A DNA stretch of 64,000 nucleotides from NCBI GenBank assembly GCA_026025075.1, contig JAPEUI010000083.1, forward strand, positions 1-64,000. Reading direction: 5' to 3'. The notes beneath the pieces are model-generated. The model searched no databases. It worked only from the letters and a program-made list of their open reading frames with translations, and had not been told where the DNA came from. The translations under genes and the position numbers were made by a program. This stretch comes from Vezdaea acicularis. Lineage: Eukaryota. Below, one piece after another: positions 24,782 through 38,950 of the stretch (its first letter is position 1; the number at the start of each line of letters is the position of its first letter).

Positions 24782-25239
24782 CTTGTTAGAAAGATATCCT
24801 CCCGAGGAGGCTGGGAGTGGACGGGTGACGTTTTGACGGTAAAGCGCAAGGTATCGCCAGAGCCGCCGCAAGGATTAGAGAGGAACTCAATATAATCGAT
24901 TCACAGCATGAAACGTTAGACAAGCTCTCTGACGTCGCTGTAGAACGGTCTGCGTTGGTGGACCAGTCTGTTAGGTAACGTCACAAGCTGCCGCGCGACA
25001 CCTTCAGGCCGGGAGTATGGGCGGCTCCTAAGCTCTACAGTAGGCGATAACCCCTGCAAAATGCCTATTGAGGCTCTAGCCGCTTTCAGCGCATTTGCCA
25101 GAGCTCTCGCGTCCTTCTTCAGCCTAAAACCTTACAAACAAGAACATCAGTTCAAACTTCCGCCAGAACCCTCTTTACCTTCTCCTCCCTAAGTGGCGAT
25201 CTCTTCGAAGCTTAGAGAAGGCATTTTCACTGCGCAGAG

Positions 25240-26157
25240 ATGTTCAGAAATAACTATGACAATGACTCGGTGACCTTGTAAGCTTTTAAGAAAGCTACAA
25301 AATATACAAGCCGTTAACAGCTCGACAGTTCGCCACAGGGACGTATCTTTCAAGTAGAATATGCACAAGAAGCCGTCAAGCAAGGTTCAGTTGTTGTGGG
25401 CGTTGCAAGCAAAACTCATGTCGTTCTAGTCGCCCTAAAGGTGATTCATTACTGAGCTATACTTGCAGAGGAGTGTGCTCATCCCAATATACAGCGAAAT
25501 GCAGAGGAGCTCTCTTCATACCAGAAGAAGATCATTGGGATCGACGACCACATGGGTATCGCCCTCGCTGGTCTTGCCTCTGATGCTCGCGTTCTCTCAA
25601 ATTTCATGAAACAGCAGTCCCTAGCCTCGAAAATGACATACGGGCGCGCAATACCTATCGAGCGACTCGTAGCTCAGATTGGCGATCGAGCTCAAACTAA
25701 TACTCAACATTACGGGAAGCGGCCATATGGCGTTGGCTTACTCGTTGCGGGAGTGGACGAGGCAGGGCCGCATCTTTTCGAGTTCCAGCCAAGTGGGATG
25801 ACACAGGAGATGGTAGCATGTGCGATCGGCGCACGAAGCCAGATGGCAAGAACATATCTGGAGAGGCACCTAGAGAAATTCGACACATGTGGGCGAGACG
25901 ATTTGATCAAGCACGGAGTGAGAGCACTAAAGGAGAGTTTGAGCCAGGACAAGGAGCTCACGGTAGACAACACGAGCGTAGCTGTTATAGGAGTAGCAGA
26001 AAAGGCTGGAAAGAGGAAATTAGAGGGCTTCAAGCTCTTTGACGGGCAGGAAGTTCATACGTGGCTGGAGACTGCATTTGAGGGAGAGGACAAACAGCCT
26101 ACGGTAGAGGAGGAGAGAGAGGAGGGAGCTAGCGAGACGATGGATGTAGACTCGTAG
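25240..26157 (+). CDS. PRE5: 20S proteasome subunit alpha-6
   Basis: [46 protein letters not shown]. Confidence 0.97.
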
Positions 26158-26664
26158 ACATGTTAATGATACAAACTAAACCAGAGGAGCCACCTACTTG
26201 CACGTGATTATTTCGGCTCGAAGTTCAGTCATGTAGCCATATAGCTTGTTTATATGTTGACTTTTCAGCGCGAATAAAGCAGAGCTCGTGACGAGCTTCG
26301 ATGTCAGCAGCCTCGAAATTTACCGACAGCATGTTGACGCCTGCCACGTTGACATGCCCGACCTCTAGGGAAGCCCTCCATCCCTCAAAGGGGAAGATTC
26401 ATGCTCATATTCCAATACCAAGCTTATTGTACGGGAGTTGGCAAGATCAGAAGTATTCACCGTGGCTGTGTCAAATCTTGTCTTATTCGTATGCTCCGAG
26501 GCTTCGACGTTTCTTCCCTTTTTTGAGCAGTGCTTCATATGAAGCAAAATTTGCAAGGAATACTCTCAACGCAAACTCCATGCATGGAAATGATGCGTCT
26601 ACAGTTTAACAACTGAGAATTGAGCTTTGCACCTTTTCCTTTTGCCTATAGTTCAGACGCTACT

Positions 26665-28317
26665 ATGGAGAGCCGAAATTCTCCAACCAGAAATAACACT
26701 ATGAAAACGGCTCACGGTGGTATTTTTAAGTGTCCACGATGTCCTTTCACAGATTCGGTGCCAGGCATTATTGAAATGCACTATGACCATATTCACGTTC
26801 ACGGAGATGCCAAAGGACAATCTAACCAGACATCAACCTTGCCTGCCTTAATAGGGGGTTCGCACCTGAGAGCGGCGGATGTTTCTTCTGAGGATGACAA
26901 CGACGAGTACGCGAATTGCCCAAACGGAAGCTGTGGAGAGGTCATCCTGTTGTCTGAAATGTCAAGCCATATGGACATGCACATGGCCGAGAATTTGACT
27001 TTTCAAGGAGAAGATGTAGCGATCAATCCTAAAGATACATCTTCGCAGCCGTCTGTTACAACAAATGGCCCCAAAAGATCACATTCTGGCTCTAGCTATT
27101 CAGACGGCTCTCGACACCATGATCGGCGGCGGAATGTGCCCAAGAGTCCATATGGCTTTAAAGGTTTTAAGAGTATTAAGGAGATGCTCGGTGGTCTTAG
27201 CCCAAGCTTAGAGAACGGGAAGCAAGTTGCGGAACCTCGCAGAAAGCAGTCTGATGGAGGGAAAGGTGTAAGGCTTGGGGTAAGTGACCACTGCCAATCA
27301 TAACTCTGGTAGTCACACTTCTGATAGTAAGTATGGGGGCTGACATAGAGTAGAGATCGCAACTTGGACCCCATGCGCACGAGAAGCAAATGCCAGCATG
27401 GCTTCGCAAGAAAATCGAAGATGGAGAGCCCCTTGTATATCAAGCTCGAATCGGTGTCAACGGCAAGACCGAACGCCACAAAGTCACTCCCAATGAAACG
27501 ACGGAGTCAATACTAGTGATATCACAGCTGTGCCAGCTCGATCCTGATACAGAGCAAGTTTACTTCTGTCACCCAGCTGTAGCTCATATCTCCAAGATGC
27601 AACGAGAAGGTGGCTTCTGCGGGTATCGCAATATCCAAATGATGGTATCATACATCCAGGCAGCTCAGTCTCCTGGATATGAGCAGTTTCCAGGACCTAT
27701 ACCCAATATACTGACTCTTCAAGATCTGATCGAAGATGCTTGGGATAAGGGCATCAACGTCTCAGGCCGGGCGGAGACCGGTGGTATTAAAGGAACAAGG
27801 AAATATATAGGTACTCCAGAGGCACAAGCCATGCTCCTCAGCCTCGACATACCCTGTAATGCTCTAGCATTCCAGAGCAGTCCCGAAGGCAGCGCCTATG
27901 AGGGTCTCTTTGACGCAGTAGAAACATACTTTCAACGTGGCTGCGCTGCGAACGACAAGAAAATTCAAAAGACTTGGATGCCCCCACTCTATTTCCAGCA
28001 CCCTGGTCACTCGCTTACCATAATTGGCTTTGAGCGTAAGAAGTCAGGGGCTCGAAATTTGCTTGTCTTCGACCCTTCTTTTAAAGCTCCACAAGGAGTA
28101 CGCGACAATATTGGGGCAACTTCCATCCAGGTACGCAATCCAGCAAAGCTACTTGGAGCATACCGGAAAGGGGCGGGATACCTGAGGAAATATAAGCAGT
28201 TTGAGATACTCATGTGAATTTATCTCTCCGACCCGGTAGAGCACTTTGCATTTACTAACGTAACAAAGGTTATCCCATCCAGTGGATGTCGTTGAAGGAA
28301 ATATTTGGGCCCCTTGA
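26665..28317 (+). CDS. ZUP1/ZUFSP (Mug105-like) peptidase C78 deubiquitinase with N-terminal zinc fingers
   Basis: CPRCPF..H...H and CP..C..H...H fingers; GGFCGYRNIQM, QHPGHSLTIIG, LLVFDP; ends approximate. Confidence 0.85.
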
Positions 28318-28657
28318 GAAGATCAAGAGGTAGTTAGTGCCTTCTCCTACGGGGCTATGGTTTGGTGGTAGCGTTGGGCATTTTTGCTGGAGCGTCTTGC
28401 ATGGCATGTGGGATAGAAATTGTCGGCGAAAGGGTATAGGGTTTTGTGCACCCAGTCTACTTCATGAAAAATGGTATAGAAAGTCTTTACCCTAAGTGCT
28501 AGAGAATCATTAATACGATCTTGAATCAACCACAGTTGTTCAATTTATAGCGGCCATCCTGGGTGTGGTGAGATAAGCCTGCTAATCTATTATCATACCA
28601 CTCTGATGACGCCCTTAGATATACCATATCTAGCTGGTCACATCATTCATCCCGACT

Positions 28658-29239
28658 TCAAGACAGAATGGCCCAAACCCCAGTCAAGGCACCCGTCAGC
28701 GACAGTAGCGACCTGCCAGCATTGTATGTGCTCCACCTATCCACCAAAACCTTAGTCTTTTCGTCTTCATCCTCCCCAATCTCAACAAGCCCCTCGCTGG
28801 ACCCCAAGCTTCTCATACTCTCCGCCTTTTCCATCAGCTTTCTATTCGTCCCGCCCATCACGATGATCGTATATGGTATAATGCTAATCGCGAGCGTCGC
28901 CGCCAAGATAAGCGGCTGGCTTCTCGAATGTGTGAAAGGCTGCGGGCCAGCATAGGCGGCGTACATATACGAGGCAGCGGTGAAGGCGGCCATGGGTGGA
29001 GCGAGAAACTTGCCAGTGTTATAGGTGGAGAGCCATGACGTTGCGCAAAGAGGCGTTGGGGAGGCGAGAAGGGCGGGAACAGCGAAGTAGGAGGTACCAA
29101 AGGCGACGCCTGTACAGTCCGGGTTATATCAGTTACCAATTATATCTCTCGAGTATATCTCGACATTACCTGAGATGAAGCTCGATGTGACGATGCCGAC
29201 GGCGGCAGCAGCGCGTATGTCAATTGGTATATTTGCCAT
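28658..29239 (-). CDS. DUF1772 (anthrone oxygenase-like) membrane protein
   Basis: Hydrophobic helices, IIPYTIIVMGGTNRKL, LVDRWSTYNAGRSLL; one intron. Confidence 0.8.
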
Positions 29240-29636
29240 GTGAGGTGACCTTTTTCATAAAAACCCGTTTCAAAAGGTGTGATTAATCTTCTGACTATAT
29301 TGTAGTATTAGGATGGAGAGCTGGGCATAAAAGTATTTCAATGCTGATCTGCATCCCCGCGATCGTTCTGCCGCGAGGCGCGTCATGTTACCGAGTGGGT
29401 GATACGTGTCGTCCTAGGTTGAGTTTTAGCCCGGGTTTCCGGGGCTTGAGAAGGCTCTACTCATCCAGTCAATTTGGAGATGCATGACAGCAGCTACATA
29501 GTGTAAATCTAGAAATGAGATAAATTTGATTCTAAGCATACAGATCTTTCCAATATGCCTTATATTACCAATCGCATGACCAAGGAATGTTATCAACATC
29601 TACAAACAGATAGTAGTGGTATCCTTCGTTCCTCAT

Positions 29637-31452
29637 TCAATCTGTTTTTCTCATCCTGATCCTCACCCTCAAATCTTCGGTAGGAATGCAGACTGCCGTA
29701 GCCTTCTTATGTCCAGGAATCACCCAGCCCTTCTTACTAACCGGCTCGATATCCCAAACCCTTAGTATGCCTGCTACAAACGCGTAACACTCCCTCTCCG
29801 CAAAGAATCGGCCTCTACACATCCTATCCCCTCCGCCATAGACCCTCAGATGCCCTATCTCGCAGACTAGCTCACCTGGGTTCTCTTCTGATGGCTTTAG
29901 GAATCTATCAGGGTCGAACTTCCGTGGATTAGGAAAGTAACGTGGGTCCATATGATGCAGCTCGTGCGGAATTTCGAGGTACGATCCCTTTCTTAGGAGG
30001 TAGGTCTCTGGTTGGCCACCTGCGCGGACCTCGTCTGCCGTTTCGGTAAGCGTGATATCTGACATAAGCTTTTTAACGGACCAAGGCTGGGAGTCTAGAC
30101 GCAAGGCCTCGAAGTAACACGCTTTGAGAAGCGGACACTTGTTCGTAAGGCCGGGAAGATTCATGCGCATGGAGGGACTCGCAGCGAAACTACCGATGGG
30201 TGGTGGAGTTGTAAGGTGGATATATGGAGAGATTTCCACAAGGAGGCGAGTATGAAGGTCGGGGTTGGCCAGGATTCGGACCATCATCCAGAAGCAGAGG
30301 TTGTTGGCATTGACATTCATCGCCCAAAGTAGGCTAGAATCACATCCTCCACGGATCTCGACTGGGAGGCGAACCTTGTCTCGAAGTATCCCGTTGCGAC
30401 CTCGTAATAACTTACTTACATCTTCGAGGTGTCTCCATTCAGGATCTTGTTTTTCGCCTGCTTCTTCCAAGTCAAGGTTGTGATAGAGAGCCGCAATATT
30501 TTGGTGCAAACGTCTCCTAGCAATGTGGGCCCTAGTAAGAGTGGGTATCGGGACATATCGTGGAAGACCCATTAATAGCCACTTGAATCCATCGTCGAGA
30601 TCGAACACATCCTGGAGAAATCCCGGGTAGTTTCTAATGAACGTCTCACCCATCAAGGTTTTGGATGAAACCTGTCCGATGAAGTGACGAAGCATCTGAA
30701 AGAGACTTGCTTCCGCATATTTTCCCGCTGAATCAGAACCGATCTTCATATTAGCCGTCCTTTCCCAAACGTTTTGATCAACTACATTGGCTGTAAATGA
30801 CACCATATCTGGAATCCGTTCCTCCAGTTGCTCGACTGTGTCCATAATCATGTTGGTTAAACCGGGCTCTTTCATGAGTTCAGTCCCTGTGAGGTTCGCA
30901 ATGTCTTGCACATAGGGACCGATCATATCGGCATACTTGGGAGCTATACCGAACATTGACCTCATGGTGGCCAAGTGGAGGAAAGTTGGATCATAACTTA
31001 GGCGGTTGCTGAAGACAGCCTTGATGAGAGAAGGTGTGCAGACGATGTTATGCGAAGTACTTGCAAGATTGAGATTGAAAACACCGTGAATCGTCTGATT
31101 TCTGTAATTTCACGTTAGGTATGGTATAGCTCAAGGATTTGGCCTTATCATACCTTGACTTGCGCAGAAATTCATCTGGATCGACGATGAATGCGAACAG
31201 GCTTCCTATGAATGGTAGCCAGTACGGCACCACTGGTACTGATTTCTGCCCCTCTGACCATATCTCTATAGAGCTAAACCCACGGCCAGTCCATATCCTA
31301 GTCGTAATAACGATGATAGACGCCGTAGTAAGGCTCCCTATCACAAAAAGGGAGGGTTCCGCTATACACCTTGCTATGATATCCAACAACATCCCGGGAT
31401 AGTAGTACAAGCGCCCCGGATTGGGCATCGCGAAAGAGCTCGTGGCGTTCAT
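29637..31452 (-). CDS. Cytochrome P450 (CYP7/8-like, sterol 7-alpha-hydroxylase-like)
   Basis: PYWLPFIG, LLWAMNVN, EALR, FDPDRF, heme motif YGGGDRMCRG; start uncertain. Confidence 0.9.
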
Positions 31453-31864
31453 CTTGCTAATATATACAAGTGCTGGGGGCTTCCGATAGCTGCCGCATAC
31501 GGCCGTTGTCCTCACGGCCGTTATGCAACCTGGGGGTACAGCTAGGGGAGGGTTCGTTTCGGCATGTCAGCTATGCAAAGGCATAGAAATAGCGCGTTGG
31601 GGGATACGAACGGCCATGCGGTTTTTGAGAGCAGCTAAGAAACGCGTAGAATAAGTGAAGGAATACTATGAAACAGCAAGCCTGCTTCTACACATGAGGC
31701 TTACCCGTGCACTGTCGTGGGGTACGGCAACTCGCAAATCGCGTAGGTGTAGGCGTCTGATTGCTGGGCCCCCTGTTTAGCCGTGAAGACTGAGCGACTC
31801 TTCATAGCGTACATGGACGTTCGGTACCTCCACCGAACAAGTGAATCACGCTTCAAGGATCAAC

Positions 31865-32768
31865 ATGGCCCCAAACGAATTGAATTTCATCACTAGCAAC
31901 GAAAAGAAGTTGGGCGAAGTCAAAGATATTTTAAACGGCGTCATCAACATCAAGAGCAAGGCTTTAGATTTGGTTGAGATACAAGGGACTATAGAAGACA
32001 TCTCTGCAGACAAATGCCGGCGCGCTGCAGAAGCGGTAAGTCCTTTTGTGCAAATGTTGCGTGGTCAACAACGTGGAGTTCATGCCGGCTAAGAAGGACG
32101 CCTGAAACGAAAGATACAAGGTCCTGTGCTAGTCGAAGACACGTGCTTATGTTTCAATGCCCTAAAGGAATTACCCGGGCCATATATGTAAGTCCGACAA
32201 ACAACAAGCTTTCAGGGATACGAGTCATACAGTTTGATCTGATTCGACGATTAGAAAATGGTTCTTGCAAGCACTGGGCCATGATGGTGGGGAATGCGCT
32301 TGTTCTTGAGTACATCCAATTCAACTTATATTGATGCTCTATAGGTTTAAACAACCTTTTGGCCGCTTATGAAGACAAATCCGCCCAGGCTGTATGCACT
32401 TTCGCATATTCTGAGGGACCGGGATATGAGCCTTTGATCTTCCAAGGTCGTACGAATGTGAGTGCCATCGCGATCTCGTCATCTCATCGACTAATGTGAG
32501 TGCAGGGCAAGATAGTACCAGCTCGAGGACCAAAAGATTTTGGTAGGCTCATCACCGAACGATATTGCTATCGTACTGACGTTCTAATAGGCTGGGATCC
32601 AATCTTTGAGGTGGGAGCCCAAACGTACGCAGCCAAGTTTCCATACGTGTCTATGGAACTGCTAACGGAGTTAGATACGCCGAGATGCCAAAGGAGGCCA
32701 AGAATCAAATATCTCATCGCGGTAAAGCTTTGGATAAATTGAAGCTATGGCTTGAGAGCTCCGAGTAG
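31865..32768 (+). CDS. HAM1: Inosine triphosphate pyrophosphatase
   Basis: [43 protein letters not shown]; 6 short introns. Confidence 0.95.
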
Positions 32769-32809
32769 TGCGGGTCATGGTTGGCAGGTGGGCCACGAGC
32801 GAATGATCC

Positions 32810-33400
32810 TCAAGTAGCTTCAGCTTCGTGGTTGTTCTTCTTCCAACTCTTGATCCATGCCTCGATTCTCTCTACGTTATGCTCGAGATCTTCACCATTA
32901 TCGCTCCGCAATTCGATCACAATTTCCTCGTCGTAAGCGTCGCGCGCCTCCTCGAGTAGCACTTGCATAATCTCAGAGTCCATATTCTCTTCGATCTTAG
33001 AAGCAGAGTATTTCCTAATTTAATCAGCCTTAGAAGCCCAAAATACTTCACTGTCAGGGAACTTGGAATACCTTGCATTAAGCCTGTCATATAAGATTGT
33101 TGAATCCGTTCTCAGTACAACAACAAGGTCCACCCAACTCTTAGGGAATACTTCACACGCGTGCCAATCGATGATATATCCACCTTGCTTCACATCATCT
33201 TCAATGGCATCTAGCAATTTGTCTTCGTCAACTAGGTAGCTCTGATATTCGTCACTCCAGCCATCATGGCAATCTCTGCTCTTAACAACTTCATTAATGG
33301 CCAAATGCTTCAGTCCAGCGTTCTCTGCCAGGAGCTCGCTGTGGCTTGACTTTCCTACACCAGGAGTTCCTGTTATAATGATGTTTGGTTTCGTGCGCAT
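32810..33400 (-). CDS. FAP7: Adenylate kinase 6 / Fap7
   Basis: PNIIITGTPGVGKS, IIDWHAC, LYDRL, ENMDSEIMQVL. Confidence 0.95.
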
Positions 33401-34261
33401 TGTCACAAGATACTTGAAGAGTTGTCTGATTTCAAGATCCTCGATTTCGTTTGCAGGGTTTGTCGGCAACTCCCGAAACACCACGAAACACCACTTTCGC
33501 AGAAGTTCGTTTGTTTAAACCCAAGTCACGTGCTCTGAATCTTCATAATCGCTGAGAATGGAGCTGTGCCAGTCGAATCTAGAGCTATTACGGGAAGTTC
33601 AATTCCTCTGTGTTACCAGAGATCCCCAGATATGCTGACCCTCGACTACAGACTTGGCTTGTTGGAGTATGGCCGCGCAGAGTAAATGTAAGAGGTACCA
33701 CAGAAAGTCACCATCATATTGTAGTAGTCAATGGTCAAGTATCTAAACAGTTGGTGTTGAGAAATCATGCTCTTGCGCTCCCCTGATCTCACTGATGCAG
33801 CTGCCACGTGATGCAAACCGAACACTTGCGGTATCCAGTCGAGGTTAGACTTGAACTTTTTCGCCAAGGCAGGAACCGGTTGGTGTGGACAGCCGTTATG
33901 AAGTCAATAAAAATCAAGGAAGCTATCAATACCTACCTCATTTGCTCATTAAATAATCCCGAAAATCTATTATTTGTTCTTATATAACTTAGCTGAAAAC
34001 TTCTAAATCACGCCGCCGTGGTTTTGAGTTCTGCCGCCACCGGAACCTCCAGAAAGGGCTTTTCGCCTGCAGGCCCACTAAGTGTGCGGCACTGCTACGG
34101 TGGAGGCGAGCCACTGCTCTAAAACTTTCCGTGTTGAGCATTCAACCTTCAAAAACCTCACCCCTCCATCTTCGTTTGACACGACCTCCCGCCTGCTCAC
34201 GCTCGTTGAGCCTTCAAGCATCACCAAAACCTTCCCTTCTACAAGGTTTGAATCGATCAAG

Positions 34262-35727
34262 ATGTCAGATCCGAACAGAATCAAGAAATCGGACCTTCCA
34301 GGTGCCCCGTGAGTACTAGCCTGTCGCCACCAAATGAAATAGATACGGCCCACTGACGTCTGTTTGCCCTTCAGAACTCCCCAAAACACCCCGGCTACAA
34401 ATGCTCCCATCTCGTCGCACGCGCAAGAGCCTGGTGTCCCAAGCATCAAGGAAGGTATGCTTTATCCCACCTTCTACGATTTGTACTATCCGATTGACGC
34501 ACAGCTAACCTTGGTATTATGACAACAGAGGACCTCGACAGGGCTGCCGCTGCTTCGATATTCGCTAAGAACCCTCATCTTGTCTCAATGATTCAAGGAA
34601 AACTCGGATCTTTAGTTGGTCGTTCGTCAGGCTACATCGAGTCACTTCCGACCTCGGTTCGCCGCCGTGTGGCAGGTCTTAAAGGCGTACAGAAGGAACA
34701 CTCTAAGCTTGAAGCCGAGTTTCAAGAGGAGGTTCTACAATTGGAGAAGAAGTATTTTGCTAAATACACTCCCCTTTACGAGAAGCGCGCAAAGATTGTC
34801 AATGGGAAAACGGAGCCTACCGAAGATGAGGTGAAAGCTGGTGAAGCGGAAGACGAAAAGGAAGGCGAAGAGAAGACTCAAGCGACGGAGGAGAAGGCCG
34901 AAGAGAAGGACGAGAAACTCTCCGGAATTCCAGAATTCTGGCTCTCAGCTATGAAGAACCAAATATCCCTTGCCGAAATGATTACAGAGAATGACGAGAG
35001 TGCCCTTAAGTTCCTTACTGATATCCGCATGGAGTACCTTGATCGTCCAGGATTCCGTCTCATCTTTGAGTTCTCAGAAAACGAATACTTCACAAACGAA
35101 ATAATCACTAAGACTTACTTCTATCAAGAGGAAAGTGGTTATGGTGGAGACTTCATATATGATCACGCCGAGGGCGACACGATTGCTTGGAAATCTGGCA
35201 AGGACCTTACTGTAAGGATAGAGAGCAAGAAACAGCGAAACAAAAGTAAGGAGTGTCTAGTCCGATCTTCAAAACTATAGATGCTAATCTTAACAACCAC
35301 CACAGACACCAAACAAACACGAGTTGTTAAGAAGACTGTCCCTACTGATTCTTTCTTCAACTTCTTTTCTCCACCAAAAGCTCCGACAGACGAGGACGAG
35401 GATGCCGCATCAGACATCGAAGATCGTTTGGAACTTGACTACCAGCTTGGGGAAGATATCAAGGAGAAGCTCATCCCTCGTGCGGTTGACTGGTTCACTG
35501 GAGAGGCCCTACAGTTTGAAGAGATGGATGATGGTCTAGATGAGGACGACTTTGAAGATGAAGATGATGAAGAGGACGATGAGATGAGTGAAGACCGTGA
35601 CGAAGAAGAAGAGTCTGAAGAAGATGTTAGTTCTTGACCCCTTCACCCTGAGATCACGTACTCAAAGACCTACTAGGACGATAACGCAAAGCCTAAGCAA
35701 GAAGCGGCTGAGTGTAAGCAGAGCTAG
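34262..35727 (+). CDS. NAP1: Nucleosome assembly protein 1
   Basis: [44 protein letters not shown], acidic tail, ends CKQS. Confidence 0.97.
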
Positions 35728-36339
35728 AAAATGTGAGCTAAAAAGGCCGCTATAATCTCGCTGATGATGGTTTTCTTCTTCACGGTTGGCGAAAGGTCTA
35801 CTTCCTGCATTACGATCTCTCTTCCCAGGATCATCACGGTGGTTTTCTTCAATTGTAGCCGAAAATACGATTGGCATTAGCTTTTCCACATAGACCACAC
35901 TAATATGCGAATAGCTTGCATTCATAACCGCGGACTCCCTCAGGCTGGATAACTAGCTCAGTTCAACCAGCTTCCTAGTGGTTCTGGGCTTTCATGGGAT
36001 GGAGTTTCTCAAGATGTTTGTTATGGATCAGACGCATTTGAGTCGCAACGCTAAAGGCTTGGTCTCTTTCCCCAAAAAATCCCAAGTCTCTACTGCTAGC
36101 TGGCTTTTCGAATGCAATTAGATGGGTCAATTGTTGATAGAGATTTTGGAATCATGCAAGTTCAACACCCGAGCAGCTTTCCCCATAAAATGATACTGGA
36201 AGTATAGTGACCAAGCGACATGCGTGACTGGCGAATTAAACTTTATTTAGCGATGAACCCCTCCATGGATATGACGCAGAGTTCCCGCCACGTGCCATTC
36301 TGCAATTCAGTGATCATTTTACCACTGTGAACCATAGAT

Positions 36340-37979
36340 ATGGCGCCTTCTGCACCCCGAGAAATAGCAAGGAATGGTCCAAAACTATCAAGGACAGTTT
36401 CTAGCAGTTTCGACATAGCAACGTCTCCTTCCGCGTCATTCCATTCACCAGTCCACAGTTCTGGAGGGCGCCGGCTTAGTCGAACATCAACAAGACCCTC
36501 AGTCAAGCAATTGAAGCCTTTTGCGACCGAAGATATTAAGATCCTGCTGCTCGAAAATGTTAACCAAACAGGACGTGATCTATTGTCCAAGCAGGGCTAT
36601 CAGGTTGAATTCCTGAAGACTTCATTGCCGGAGGAACAGCTTATTGAGAAAATCCGGTTTGTTGAACCCAGGTTAAGCAGAGTGCGACCACACCGCTGAC
36701 TTAGCTTTAGTGATGTCCATGTTATTGGAATACGATCCAAGACGAAGCTCACTGCAAGGGTCCTAGAAGAGGCTAAGAACCTGATCGTGGTCGGCTGCTT
36801 CTGCATTGGCACCAATCAAGTGGACCTAGAATATGCTGCAAAGCATGGAATCGCCGTGTTCAATTCCCCTTTCAGCAATTCGAGAAGTGTGGCAGAATTG
36901 GTCATAGCTGAGATAATCACTCTCGCACGGCAGTTAGGTGATCGATCCCTCGAGATGCACAAGGGGACGTGGAATAAGGTCAGCAGCAAGTGCTGGGAAG
37001 TTCGCGGGAAGACCCTTGGTGCGCCATATGAGTCAAAATTCAAGAAGTAGAGGACTGATCGTCTCCTTAGGTATCATCGGATATGGCCATATCGGATCAC
37101 AGCTTTCGGTCTTAGCAGAGGCAATGGGTATGTCAGTGATTTACTACGACGTAGTGAACTTGATGTCAATGGGAACATCAAAGCAAGTCCATTCTTTAGA
37201 GGAACTTCTGCAAAATGCAGATTTCGTGACCTGTCACGTTCCAGAGCTTCCGGAGACCAAGGAAATGATAAGCACCGAGCAGTTCGAGGACATGAAGACT
37301 GGCAGCTACCTGATCAACGCAAGCCGCGGAAGTGTGGTTGATATTCCTGCACTCATCAACGCAATGAGGAGCGGAAAGGTTGCAGGCGCTGCGCTAGATG
37401 TGTATCCAAGCGAGCCAGGTGGCAATGGAGACTACTTCACCAACAGTCTCAATAGCTGGGCAGAAGACCTCAGATCCCTCAGCAATATCATTCTCACACC
37501 ACATATTGGTGGTAGCACCGAGGAAGCTCAAAGTGCCATTGGTGTCGAAGGTAAGCTATCTCCACCTCGACTCGCTGGATCTAAATTAATGGTCAACAGT
37601 GAGCGAGGCTCTTATCCGGTACGTCAATGAGGGCACGACTCTTGGATCCGTGAATATGCCAGAGGTCAATCTACGCTCATTGACTTTGGATGAGCCGGAC
37701 CACGTCCGAGTTATCTACATACATCACAATATTCCTGGGGTGCTGCGTCAGGTCAACCAGGTTCTCAGCGACCACAATGTCGATAAACAAATGACTGATA
37801 ACAAAGGGGAGGTTGCCTATCTTATGGCAGACATAAGCGACGTTAATCACACTGAGATCAAGGATCTTTTCAACAGCCTTGAGGCTTTGGACTGTGAGTG
37901 TCCACATCATGGAACTCGCGCTTGGTACATCTGCTAATTTCGCCTTATAGCTCGCATCATGACGCGGGTATTATACTAA
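36340..37979 (+). CDS. SER3: D-3-phosphoglycerate dehydrogenase
   Basis: GCFCIGTNQVD, SPFSNSRSVAE, GIIGYGHIG, TPHIGGSTEEAQ, ACT domain. Confidence 0.96.
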
Positions 37980-38950
37980 GAAAAGGACAAATTGTGATGT
38001 GAGGCATAGCATGGGGAGTCTCTTGATACTCAATTCAACAGTGATTAGCGTTTCCCTCCCTCATAGCATCGATAAAGGCTGGTTTGGGTCTCTTTCAACA
38101 ATCTGGAGGTCAAATTCGGCGCAGGAGACTAGCTGGATCATCGCATCATAAAATGGAAGGAAAAGTTAATAATTTCAAGTAAGAGCTAGATCGGGCAAAG
38201 AGTGTCCAGTATTCGTTGAGTAGATGTGCAGTTTGTGGCTTCCATGTCACGATTTGCCCCTGTCAGGAGACGATGCGCACATGTGAAACTTTCTCTCCAA
38301 TCGGGCTTGCCGAAGGGGATGACGCATTCGGTCGGGGTAGCAAGAGGCGACAGATCCGCCGTTTCGTATCCCCTACTTAGAATGCCGCACCGCTTCATTG
38401 CCATCCTGCGATGCTGCAAGCCACCCGCGCTGTTGAGAAAGCGTCGGGACGTAAGCAGTCAAGTTGATCTGTCCTCGTCTCTCGGCGTCCCAGCGTGGCT
38501 GCATTCCCCTATCTTGCGCGCCCCTTGTTGCGCGCAGCTTCCTCGTTTCGTTGTCGCGCTCGTGCATCTCCCAGCAGCTGTTGGCCTCGCTTGTGCCGCT
38601 GCCGAAGACCGCGCTAGACTGCATTAGGCCCAGCGGTCCAGCTGCAACCACTCGCGAAGCAGCCTGGACTTTCTCCCAGTCGGCCTCTGCGCCAGCCTCT
38701 CCGGCCAAGTACCGCCATAACTTTTTTAAACTAGGGAGAGCGTGTTGTTGGGTGCATGAACCACCACGCTCCTTACTGAGCAACCTTATCTCATGACACC
38801 TTACGATAACATCTAGCCCCTCACCCGGACGACTTTCCTTACTCGCTCCTACGCCCTTTTCTGGCAGTGCTGGCCATCTTTCGGAGCCCGGTGATTACTT
38901 GCCGCGGTTGAGATACAACACCCTCCACTGCCGGTTGGAGGTCTGCCCCC

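Noticed and set aside
33520..33815. CACGTG boxes between FAP7 and NAP1 (also 26201, 36289) as Pho4 targets
   Set aside because: A 6-mer is expected many times by chance in 64 kb and the genes are not typical PHO regulon members
38186..38800. 100-136 aa ORFs upstream of MYO2
   Set aside because: GC-rich promoter/5'UTR, overlapping on both strands, no recognisable motifs
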